A stretch of DNA of 64,000 bases, taken from positions 310,001 through 374,000 of the forward strand of contig CP060755.1 of the NCBI GenBank assembly GCA_023205875.1, given 5' to 3'. The translations under genes and the position numbers were made by a program. Below are positions 1-8,777 of the stretch, piece by piece (positions within the stretch are counted from its first letter, which is position 1; each line of letters starts with the position of its first letter). Origin of the DNA: Chloropicon primus (taxonomy: Eukaryota). The notes below the pieces were generated by a model. It was not told the origin of the DNA. It did not search any database and saw only the letters and a program-made list of their open reading frames with translations.

Positions 1-14
1 CCACCGCCGTCCTG

Positions 15-1046
15 ATGGACTTGGACGTGGAGCAGGAGGGCGTGGTGGACGGGAGGCCTCTGGGCGGCACCGCGATCGACGAGGATCTCGTTTTGGGCTC
101 CCGGGGCGAGGAGGATTCGAGGATCGCGGAGAGCTTGTGCTTCTCCGGGGGCGCCCTGAAGCTGAACGCCGGCTCGTTCCAGACCATCGGGGGAAGGGAC
201 TCGCAGGAGGACAGGATCGTTCAGAGCAGCCCGTCCCCCTACTTTGAGGGCCTTGGGGTCCACCTGCTCGCCGTCTTCGACGGCCACAGGGGCAGCGAGG
301 CGTCCGAGTACTGCGCGAGGCACGTGGAAAAGGTTTTGACGCGGTGTCTGAGGGAGGCGGCGCTGGGCAAGTCAGGGGACTCGCTGGACTCGAAGAAGGG
401 CCTGCCGAGGCAGGCGCTGGAGAGGGCGTTCCAGGTGCTGGACGAGTCCTTCTTCGAGGCCCACGAGGGCTGCAATGCGGGGGCGACCTCTTTGGTCTGC
501 CTCGTCTGCGAATCCAAGGTCTTTGTCGCGAACTGCGGGGACTGCAGGTGCATCGTGGGCGGGCCAGCCGGCGTCAGGGAGCTCAGCCGGGACCACACCA
601 CGGCGAGCGAGGGGGAGAGGGAGAGGGTCATGGCATCCAAGGGGGGGGCGCTGAGGTTCCAAGTGGACGCCTGGCGGATCGGATCTTGCGGCCTGCAAGT
701 GACCCGGTCCATCGGCGACGCGGACGTCAAGCCTTTGGGGGTGATCAGCGTTCCCGAAGTCGTGGAGCACGACCTGCGAGAGGGGGACGACTTCATTTGC
801 CTAGCGAGCGACGGCCTGTGGGACGTGGTCTCGAGCGAGGAAGTTGCGGGCATGGTTCGGGACACCGTGAAGAACCCCTCGATGGTGGCCCAGAGGTTGG
901 GGCTCGAGGCGTGCTCGAGGGGGTCCAGAGACAACATCAGCGTCCTCGTGGCGTTCACGAAGCAGGGTCTCGGCTCCCACGAGAAGATCTTCGAAGGGGG
1001 GCGCGAGAAGCACGGGTTCACCCAGACGTTCTACGGGTCGAGGTGA
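15..1046 (+). CDS. PP2C-family protein phosphatase (may be the 3' part of a longer gene starting before the window)
   Basis: PP2C motifs GGRDSQEDR, VFDGHRG, VANCGDCR, LSRDH, TRSIGD, LASDGLWD, SRDNIS. Confidence 0.9.
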   Translation: MDLDVEQEGVVDGRPLGGTAIDEDLVLGSRGEEDSRIAESLCFSGGALKLNAGSFQTIGGRDSQEDRIVQSSPSPYFEGLGVHLLAVFDGHRGSEASEYCARHVEKVLTRCLREAALGKSGDSLDSKKGLPRQALERAFQVLDESFFEAHEGCNAGATSLVCLVCESKVFVANCGDCRCIVGGPAGVRELSRDHTTASEGERERVMASKGGALRFQVDAWRIGSCGLQVTRSIGDADVKPLGVISVPEVVEHDLREGDDFICLASDGLWDVVSSEEVAGMVRDTVKNPSMVAQRLGLEACSRGSRDNISVLVAFTKQGLGSHEKIFEGGREKHGFTQTFYGSR

Positions 1047-1138
1047 TATGAGCAAAAAAGAAGAGCAGATGACAGATGACGCGTCAAAGAATCCTGGGGG
1101 GTGGTGGTCTTTCTTCGTTTACCCTTAATTTTATTCCA

Positions 1139-2825
1139 TCACCCACTGTTCTTCAGCACAACGAACTTCTTCGTCCCCTCGTTCTCGAGCTTCGCGACCT
1201 TCTTCACCCTCTTCAGGAACGCGGAGCGCTCCTCCTTGGTCTTGAGCCTCTTCTTGAAGTGGGTGATCAGCTCCGTGCTGAGCATCTTCCCCCTCGTCTG
1301 GAGGTACATCTCGATTTCAGCCTCGGTCGGCACGCCCGTCGCGCCAGCTCCGGCAGCAGTCTTCTTCTTCTTCGTCGCCGTCGTCGTCGCCCTCGGGGCC
1401 TCCACCTTGACCTTCTTGGCCGCGGCTGGCTGCGACCCGCCGGGCGAGGCGCCGTTGCCCTTCTCCGGGGAGATCGGCCTCTTCTTCTTATTCCTCTGGG
1501 CCTGCGCGGGGTCCACGACGTTGGGCATGTCCTCGGACTCGTCGCTCGCGGGTTTGTCGGGGGCCTTCCCCCCCAGGTGGGACAGGTCGATGCCCTCGAG
1601 CTCCTCCTCGGCCAGCTCGTCGTAGTCCAGCCCCTCCTCCTCCTCCCCGCCGCTCTCCAGGCCCTCCGCGTCGTCGTGGAGCCCGATCTTGCTCAGGGCC
1701 TTCTGCATCTCCCTCTTCTTCTTCGCGATCTCCTCGATTTTGCTGTTGCCGCGCTCCCCCCGCGTCTCCAGGTCCATCTCCAGGTCCCCCAAGTCCCCCC
1801 TCCTCGAGTCGTCCAGGCCCTTCTCCTGCATCTCCTTGGCCTTGATCTCCTCCTCCACCTCGCTCTTCTTCTCCACCGGGTCGTCCCCCTGCGTCTCCAG
1901 GTCGGCGTTGTCCACCTCCACCCTCTCGTCGTCGTCGTCGTAAGCGTGCTCGTGCTCCCAGTCCTCCCCGATGGCGGGCTCGTCCTCCTCGTCCCCCTCG
2001 TCCCCCTTCCCGCCCTCCCTGTTGGACCTGTTGAACGTCTTCCTCAGCTGCCTCCTGAGGTTCTCGTCCTCGGCGTCCTTCACCTCGATGATGTCCTCCT
2101 CGTCCTGGGGCTGCTGCTTCTGGGGGCGCGCCGGCTCGGGCTCGGGCTCGGGCTTCGCCGACGGCGCCGCGGCGGCCTTGGCGAGGGCCAAGCTCCTCAC
2201 GGCGCTCTGGCCCTCGTCTATCCTTCTCGAGAACTGGGGGTGGGCCCTCGCCCCGGGCTGGAAGCTCCCCCTCTTCTCCATCAGCTTCTCCACCTCGTCC
2301 AGGTCCTTGGCGCCGACGCCGCCGCTCTGCTGGGACACGCTCGGCTTGAAGTTGAGCCACTCGTCCACCGGCACGGCGTGGAAGCCGTCCCCCACCTTGA
2401 GGAAGAAGTAGTACGACGAGTGGAGCGTCGCCCCCTTGTCCACCTTGCCCTCGAAGGCGTCGTCCCCAAGCCTGAGCTTCACGACGTCCGCCCCCGGGGC
2501 ATCCGCCGTCTCCAGCGTCCAGCCCCCCGCCTGCGAGGAGGGGGTCTCCGAGGGGGTCTCCGAGGGGGTCTCCTCGAAGTCCGGCGCGCGCTGCAATCGC
2601 AATGGGACAGAAGAGAGAGAGAGAGACAGAGAGAGAGAGAGGGTGTGGGTGGGTGGGTGTGGGGAAGCGTTTCGTTTCGCGCGCGTCTCAGGTCAGGAAA
2701 AGGTTTCGAGGACCGGACCGGAAAGGGACCGCGGAATGCGGACTCACCAGAGGGAACCGCGCCAGGTTCATGCCTCCCGCGTGCGCCGACGCCCCGCCCA
2801 CCTTGAGCTTGTACTTCTTCGCCAT
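1139..2825 (-). CDS. Transcription factor TFIIF large subunit (RAP74-like); 2 exons (2825-2748, 2590-1139)
   Basis: In-frame splice via GTGAGT donor and CAG acceptor; FHAVPVDEWLNFKP motif, acidic/charged middle, C-terminal winged-helix-like PTEAEIEMYL..ELITHFKKRL. Confidence 0.75.
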
Positions 2826-3177
2826 CCTCCCGCCGATCCGATCGACTGCCTCGCTCGTGAAGAACGAAGCGAGCGGGGGGGGGAGAAAAAGGGTATATAT
2901 ACGCAAAATTCGCACCTTCCTTTATCATACGTTCATACCTACGTGAAAATACCCGATCCCATCAGAACTCGGAAGTCAAGCGCGTGTGGGCGAGATCAGT
3001 ACTGTGGTTGGTGACAACACGGGAATCTCTCGTGGCGTATGTTCTTTTTTTTTTTTATCTCCAGAGCCCGGATCGACTCTCGCGCCCCGCAATCCATCCA
3101 TCTCCTCGCGAGCGCTCGCGAAGAAACCCACCCAGCCAAGGCCAAAGCCAAAGAGAGATGATGATTCCTTTATTACA

Positions 3178-4359
3178 TCAGACGTCATCAGTGTAGTCGT
3201 CGTCCTCGTCCTCCTCCACGCTGCTTCGTCCGGAGCTCGCGTTCAACTCCTGCTGAAGCCACTGCAAGATGTGAAGGTGGCCTTCTTCATCTGCCGTGTC
3301 ATAAATCTCCTCAGGGTCCCAGGGGCAAGGCGGATCCTGGCTTCGAAGCCACTGCAGAACGTGAAGGTGACCTCCTAGAGCTGCCCCAGAACAAGTCCCC
3401 TCGTCCCAATCACAAGGCGGGTCCTGGCTTCGAGCCCACTTGAGAACATCAAGGTGGCCTCCTTCAGCTGCCCATCCACAAGTCATTTCGTCCCAATCCC
3501 AAGGCGGGTCCTGGCTTCGAGCCCACTTGAGAACATCAAGGTGGCCTCTCAAAGCTGCAGCGTCACGAGTCTCCTCGTTCCAATCACAAGGCGGGTCCTG
3601 GCTTCGGAGCCACTGCAGAACGTGAAGGTGACCTTCTCGAGCTGCAAATTTACAAGTCCACTCGTCCCAATCACAAGGCGGGTCCTGGCTTCGAGCCCAC
3701 TGCAGAACATCAAGGTGACCTCCTTCAGCTGCACCAGCACAAGTCCTCCAGTTCCAATCACAAGGCGGGTCCTGGCTTCGAAGCCACTGCAGAACGTGAA
3801 GGTGACCTCCTAGAGCTGCCCAAGAACAAGTCTCCTCGCCCCAATCGCAAGGCGGGTCCTGGCTCCGAAGCCACTGCAGAACGTGAAGGTGGCCTCCTTT
3901 AGCTGCCTCATAGCCAGTCCACACGTCCCAATCGCAAGGCGGGTCCTGGCTCACCAACCACTCCATCACCTTGATGCTGCCCTGGAAAGCAGCGAGGTAC
4001 ATCAGGTCAGAGTCGTACAAGAAGCTGGAAGACTCGCCATTTCTCCACTTTTTCGATTCTCCCTTCTTCCTTTCGAACGAGCGAAACACCCACTCGAACC
4101 AACCCAAACTGAAGCAAGGCATCTGCTCGAACAACCTCTCTCTCGTCAGGTCCGTCTTCAGAGCAACCCTCGTCAGATCAGAGTTCGCCTCCGTCGCCGT
4201 CACCGCCTCGAGGAACGCCCTGCAGGTCAAGGCGAAGGCGATATGCTCGTAGTCGGGCAGCTGCCTCAAGACCAGGAGCCACAAGACCTCTGGCAGCACC
4301 TCCAACGCATCCCTCCCCTCCACCCTCTGCATCTTGCTCTCCATCGTCTCCTCCATCAT
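3178..4359 (-). CDS. F-box-like plus ankyrin-like repeat protein (about 9 27-aa repeats, WD.xTC.xAA.GGHLxVLQWxRSQDPPC)
   Basis: N-terminal LEVLPEVLWLLVLRQL..FALTCRAF (F-box-like); 81-bp tandem repeats at ~3250-3960; likely start MM at 4359. Confidence 0.85.
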   Translation of the reverse strand: MMEETMESKMQRVEGRDALEVLPEVLWLLVLRQLPDYEHIAFALTCRAFLEAVTATEANSDLTRVALKTDLTRERLFEQMPCFSLGWFEWVFRSFERKKGESKKWRNGESSSFLYDSDLMYLAAFQGSIKVMEWLVSQDPPCDWDVWTGYEAAKGGHLHVLQWLRSQDPPCDWGEETCSWAALGGHLHVLQWLRSQDPPCDWNWRTCAGAAEGGHLDVLQWARSQDPPCDWDEWTCKFAAREGHLHVLQWLRSQDPPCDWNEETRDAAALRGHLDVLKWARSQDPPWDWDEMTCGWAAEGGHLDVLKWARSQDPPCDWDEGTCSGAALGGHLHVLQWLRSQDPPCPWDPEEIYDTADEEGHLHILQWLQQELNASSGRSSVEEDEDDDYTDDV

Positions 4360-4578
4360 GATCGCCCCCAAGCCCCCTCCCTCTCCCGACGCAGCTGCTG
4401 GAAAGCAAGGAGGAGGAGTCTCCTGGTTGCAGGAACCAGGCCTCCTCGCCTCCTGCTTGGCTTCCTCGCCTCCTCCTGCTTGGCTTGCGCTGGGCGTGCT
4501 GTATATAGTATACATGTTTTCCGCCTTTAGCGATGTCGTTCCACGTAGAAATTACGTCTAGGAACGACTAACGTCTCT

Positions 4579-4701
4579 GGGGCTATGGTCTAGTGGTATG
4601 ATTCTCGCTTAGGGCGATTCGATCCTAAGATTCGATCCTAAGAAGTTCATCAACGAGCTATAATCTGCGAGCGGTCCCGGGTTCGATTCTCGGTAGCCCC
4701 C
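4579..4701 (+). tRNA. trnP-AGG: tRNA-Pro(AGG) with 51-nt intron (4615-4665) at canonical position 37/38
   Basis: Acceptor stem GGGGCTA/TAGCCCC, D-arm TGGTCTAGTGGTATGATT, anticodon arm CTCGC-TTAGGG..TGCGAG, T-loop GGTTCGATTC. Confidence 0.92.
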
Positions 4702-4790
4702 TCCCCGTTGAACAACCAAGACGGAAACAACACCGCGGCGAAACAACAGCCGCCTTACCTCTTGCTCCGTGAGACAAGGGTTCTATGAGA

Positions 4791-4896
4791 GACGTTAGTT
4801 ATACAAGGGTCACAACGAGATCGTAACGGCGGAGGACGGCGACTGACGTTAGTTATACAAGGATCACAACGAGATCGTAACGGCGGAGGACGGCGA
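4791..4896. repeat. 54-bp-period tandem duplication upstream of the recombinase ORF
   Basis: gacgttagttatacaagg(g/a)tcacaacgagatcgtaacggcggaggacggcga starts at 4791 and again at 4845 (1 mismatch). Confidence 0.95.
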
Positions 4897-5023
4897 GGAG
4901 GACGGCGAGGAGGTGTGTGACCTGGCGGGAGCTGGAGAGAGAAAGAGAGCCGCCGTAACGCCAGAGCCGCGAACGAGGCGGCCGACGAGTGGGGACGAGA
5001 AGACCACGACCAGAGAGAAAGCG

Positions 5024-7873
5024 ATGAGTTACCTCCTGGAATACTTCGGCTGCTGGTTGCCGACGAAGAAGAGGAGACTGACGAATACTGGGTCGTCATG
5101 TGAAGAAGGGGCTGGTGGCGCCACCCCGGCCGCGGTTCTCCAGGTGGGTGGCACCCAAGGATGGCGGGTGGCGCCCAAGGATTGTGGTGCCAATGTCTCT
5201 GTCTTCACCCACTTGCAGGGCAGCGGGCAGCCGTGCGGCGCGGTGGCACTCGGAACAAGCCTGGACACCAACGCTTGCACAGTGGCCCTGGCGATCTCCG
5301 CGGGACCTCATAGGGAGCGGGAGATGGCCGCCTTCGAGGAGAACGTGGATCCGACGACGCTTCTCAATGCGGATGGACTTATTGCCACTCTTGGCTTCGT
5401 AGACGAATTAGCTGGCCCGCGGCCCACCCTTGCACGCGAGGGTACACGGGCGGAGCGAACTCGCGAGCCTGAGGAGCTGACCCTGGTCCGCGTGGTCCGA
5501 GGCCGTGGCGGAGTCCACCTGGAGCGCGTTGAGGGCTTGAAAGAACTGACCCACTGCATCGTCTTCCTCCGCGAGTCCCTTGCGCAGGAGGGGCTTGGGA
5601 ACAGGCTCGCTGGTCAGGCGGCCACGATCTCAAGCGCGTTGCTCGGCAAAGATCTTCCTAAACAGGTGAAAGCATTTCGTTTCGTGGAGCTTGGGACCGC
5701 CAGCCGCTCGCGATGCCTCAAGGACCGCAAAGTTCTTACGAAAGCTCTTGCCCTTGCGAAGGAGAAGGGCGAGCCTTGCGCGCTTCTTGTAGCTGCCTTG
5801 TCGCGATTGTCGAGACGGTCACAAGCTGACGAGGACCTCGACTACCTTGCTGAGCGCGCAGGGCAGGCCTCTATACTGGCGTGTATCCCGACGTCCCATG
5901 CAGCAGCTTTGATTGGGGAGGAAAAGAAAGAGGAGCTCAAAAAGTACATGAGCAAGGCTGCAAGCACCTCGGACGGGCACGCCGTGTACTCGGCGTCGCA
6001 CTGCATGCTCAAGTCCGGCGCCACCCGTTGTTCTGTAGCATCGGGCCAACACACTTCTGAGGAACTTTGTCTCCTCGTCGAACACGTCGAGCACGTCCTG
6101 AGGCACAAGCTGGAGAATCTGGAGAAGCCGGGGGAGCAGAAGCACGGGAAACCCCTTCTCCTCGTAGGTATTGCCCGTACGTCGCCTGGAACTGACGTCG
6201 CCAAGTCTACTTCGATATATGTCCAACGGTGCCTACTCCTCCACGTCCTCCTCAAGGTGCGCGACAACCTTCAGAAGGATGTTGCGCTAAGCGGGAAACT
6301 GCCGGTGATTGAAATCACAATTGGGACCTTTGCAGAGAAGTGTGGAGGCTCGACCTCGGAGGAGGCTGCCGTCCAAGAATGGGTGAAGAAGGTCTGCGAC
6401 GAGGGCAAATACGCAGGGGGCGTTCTACTCTGCACCCGTGCAGATCGGCTTACAAGGGAGCTTGCGACACTCGGGACGCTCTTGGAAAGGTGCTGTAAGG
6501 CGAACATAGCAACGGTTGCGTGCTTGACAGAAGTGGATGCCGTCGTCACCGAGGAGAGACACGTTCAAGAGGCCGTAGCCCAGGTTCTCGCTGGAGATGA
6601 GGAGTATCTTCTTGGAAAGCGCTTTGTGGAGCAACGGGCGAGTGATCTCGTCCGCGCATGGAAGAACCAACCCACAGTTCGTGTGCTCGTCGCTGCTTGT
6701 TCCATCACGGAAGCGAACTACGACATCATTCTTCGCGAGGAGCACATGGAGTTCCTGGAGACCTACAGGCAATACTGCCACGTTCACTCCGTGAGGGACG
6801 AGTTGTTTGAAAACCGTGATGGACACGGCTTGGATGAAGACGCATTGAGCAGAGTCTTTGAGTACTTTGCGGATGCACTAAAGGGAGAACATGTCGATGT
6901 CGTGTTTGAGAATGAATGTTTCCCAGAAACCGCGATCTCTGTGACTCAAAAAGATTTCTTCGAATGCCCCTGCGCTGGTAAATGCTCTCGCAAGTCGTCC
7001 AGGACAACAGGCACCGCGAACACCGCTCCAGCACATACTCGATGCCTTTGTGCTTGTGACATGTGCAAGAGGAGTCGTCCTTGCATTCTGGTGGACAGCG
7101 ACGCCGAGGACGGCGGGGAGAGGGAGAGAGAGCTTCGCAAATTTGATGCCGCTGCATGTCCCTGTGGACCTTGCAGCAGCAGCCCCTCGAGCACTGGTAC
7201 GACAAGGAAGACACAGGCCAAGACCAACACGAAAGGGAAGAGGAAGGCCAAAGCAAGGAAGCCGATGAAGGAGTTTCCTCGACTTCCTACTACAGACGGT
7301 ACTCAAACCCTGCGCTGCATCTGCTGTGATGCTTTTCGTCGCCCTGAGTGCCCCTTGGTCAAAACAGGAGCTCTGACCCCGGTTCCTGGGGAGGAACGTG
7401 ATCGAGGTGGGCACAAACCCAATTACCTCTTGTCGAACTGGTGCTGGTACTGCCATCGTTTCATATTCAAAAGCGGCTTTAACCAGTGGTGTTCGTTCGG
7501 TTGCTTCTTGAAAGCCACGAAGTTCGTGGACAAGAAGGAGCTTTGGGACATGAGCAAGGAAATTGGCATGACACAACTGAAGAACACGATTGGCTTCTGG
7601 TTTTGTGTTCCGTGTACAAAGAAACCTGAGTCCGAGGAAGCCTTGATCGAGAAGATCCCCTCGATCCCCTTGATCCCAACCAAGGGTTCAAGGGGCTTGA
7701 GGTGCTTGTCCTGCAGTCATAACGATTGCAAAATCGGCAAGGGGTACAAGGAGAACGCAGAAGGAGGCGGCGTGAACGTTGGCTCCGGCCGGCAGAAGTC
7801 CGAGAACAGAAAGGCCAAAGAGGTAGTGATCCCGCATCCAATGCTCGTCAACATGATGCTACAGGACTCCTAA
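5024..7873 (+). CDS. Large protein with two tandem serine-recombinase (resolvase/invertase) catalytic domains and a Cys-rich C-terminus
   Basis: Domain 1: CIVFLRES..GLGNRLAGQAATI..FVELGTAS..DRKVLTKALALAK..LLVAALSRLSR. Domain 2: VGIARTS..STSIYVQ..FAEKCGG..VLLCTRADRLTRE. Many CxxC/CxC clusters follow. Intronless; first ATG 5024. Confidence 0.75.
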   Translation: MSYLLEYFGCWLPTKKRRLTNTGSSCEEGAGGATPAAVLQVGGTQGWRVAPKDCGANVSVFTHLQGSGQPCGAVALGTSLDTNACTVALAISAGPHREREMAAFEENVDPTTLLNADGLIATLGFVDELAGPRPTLAREGTRAERTREPEELTLVRVVRGRGGVHLERVEGLKELTHCIVFLRESLAQEGLGNRLAGQAATISSALLGKDLPKQVKAFRFVELGTASRSRCLKDRKVLTKALALAKEKGEPCALLVAALSRLSRRSQADEDLDYLAERAGQASILACIPTSHAAALIGEEKKEELKKYMSKAASTSDGHAVYSASHCMLKSGATRCSVASGQHTSEELCLLVEHVEHVLRHKLENLEKPGEQKHGKPLLLVGIARTSPGTDVAKSTSIYVQRCLLLHVLLKVRDNLQKDVALSGKLPVIEITIGTFAEKCGGSTSEEAAVQEWVKKVCDEGKYAGGVLLCTRADRLTRELATLGTLLERCCKANIATVACLTEVDAVVTEERHVQEAVAQVLAGDEEYLLGKRFVEQRASDLVRAWKNQPTVRVLVAACSITEANYDIILREEHMEFLETYRQYCHVHSVRDELFENRDGHGLDEDALSRVFEYFADALKGEHVDVVFENECFPETAISVTQKDFFECPCAGKCSRKSSRTTGTANTAPAHTRCLCACDMCKRSRPCILVDSDAEDGGERERELRKFDAAACPCGPCSSSPSSTGTTRKTQAKTNTKGKRKAKARKPMKEFPRLPTTDGTQTLRCICCDAFRRPECPLVKTGALTPVPGEERDRGGHKPNYLLSNWCWYCHRFIFKSGFNQWCSFGCFLKATKFVDKKELWDMSKEIGMTQLKNTIGFWFCVPCTKKPESEEALIEKIPSIPLIPTKGSRGLRCLSCSHNDCKIGKGYKENAEGGGVNVGSGRQKSENRKAKEVVIPHPMLVNMMLQDS

Positions 7874-7920
7874 GCCGATCCTAAAGACTATCCTAATCCT
7901 AATCCCCAAAAAGCAATCCT

Positions 7921-8230
7921 AAAGCTGAAATATTCTATCCTCCTCCACCACACTATGTATGTCTCCGTTGACCGCCGGCACATCGTTCGTTCGTTCGTTC
8001 GTTCCATCCTCAGCCAATCCTGGCTGGCGGTCCTGGCTTCGAAGCCACTGCAGAATTTCGAGGTGACCTCCTTCAGCTGCCCAAGAACAAGTATCCTTGT
8101 CCCAATCACAAGGCGGGTCCTGGCTTCGAGCCCACTGCAGAACATCAAGGTGACCTCCTTCAGCTGCACCAGCACAAGTCCTCCAGTTCCAATCACAAGG
8201 CGGGTCCTGACTTCGAGCCCACTGCAGAAC
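7921..8230 (-). pseudogene. 5'-truncated ankyrin-repeat gene fragment (~2.5 repeats plus tail), paralogous to 3178-4359
   Basis: 8101-8209 is identical to 3666-3774; reads VLQWARSQDPPCDWNWRTCAGAAEGGHLDV...LRSQD; no in-frame start upstream. Confidence 0.85.
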
Positions 8231-8777
8231 CTATAATAGGGAACCTATAATAGGTTACGTGATCTTCAACACATCCTCAGGCTCCTCAGCTCGCACCTCA
8301 GCAGCAGCAGGACCTTCCCTTGCCCAAGCGTCCAGCCCATCCTTGATGGATGGATGACCACGAGCCACGGCACTAGCCAGACAACCTTGTGACCTTAAGG
8401 TGGTCCAACCTTGTCCCTCTCCCTCTTCCCGGGGAACAATAATAATAATAATAATAAGACGTTACGCCACGTCTTCTTCTTCTTAGGACACGACGACGAT
8501 CCCCAAAGCAGCCAGCACTTTGCGCTTCGTCGGTCGTCGGGGTTCGGTTCATCCAAGGTGCTGGTGCTGCAGCTGTCCTCTCGTCAATCCGCCACCGCGA
8601 AACCTCAGCCACAAACGCCCCAAGAATCTCCCACCAAATTTCATCATTGATCTCGTAACGGGGGGGGGGTTCAGGCGCTCCTGCTGCCAAGGCGCGAGCG
8701 AGCGAGAGTCGGCCGTCTCCGTCGGCCACAGTCAGTCAGTCAGTCCTCCTCCTCCCTCCTCTTTCTCCGTCGTCGTC

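Noticed and set aside
1076..2806. 576-aa + strand ORF and many similar long antisense ORFs (e.g. 11211-12581, 24427-25731, 26698-27978, 48387-49511)
   Set aside because: Shadow ORFs opposite real genes, caused by high GC3; no recognisable motifs.
3250..3960. Regular repeats with variable inserts resembling a CRISPR array
   Set aside because: The period is 81 bp (27 codons), in frame, and encodes ankyrin-like repeats; no cas genes.
7868..7925. Displaced tRNA 3' half (attR) at the end of the recombinase ORF
   Set aside because: Only a short cgatcctaa match to the intron; no T-arm or acceptor sequence follows.
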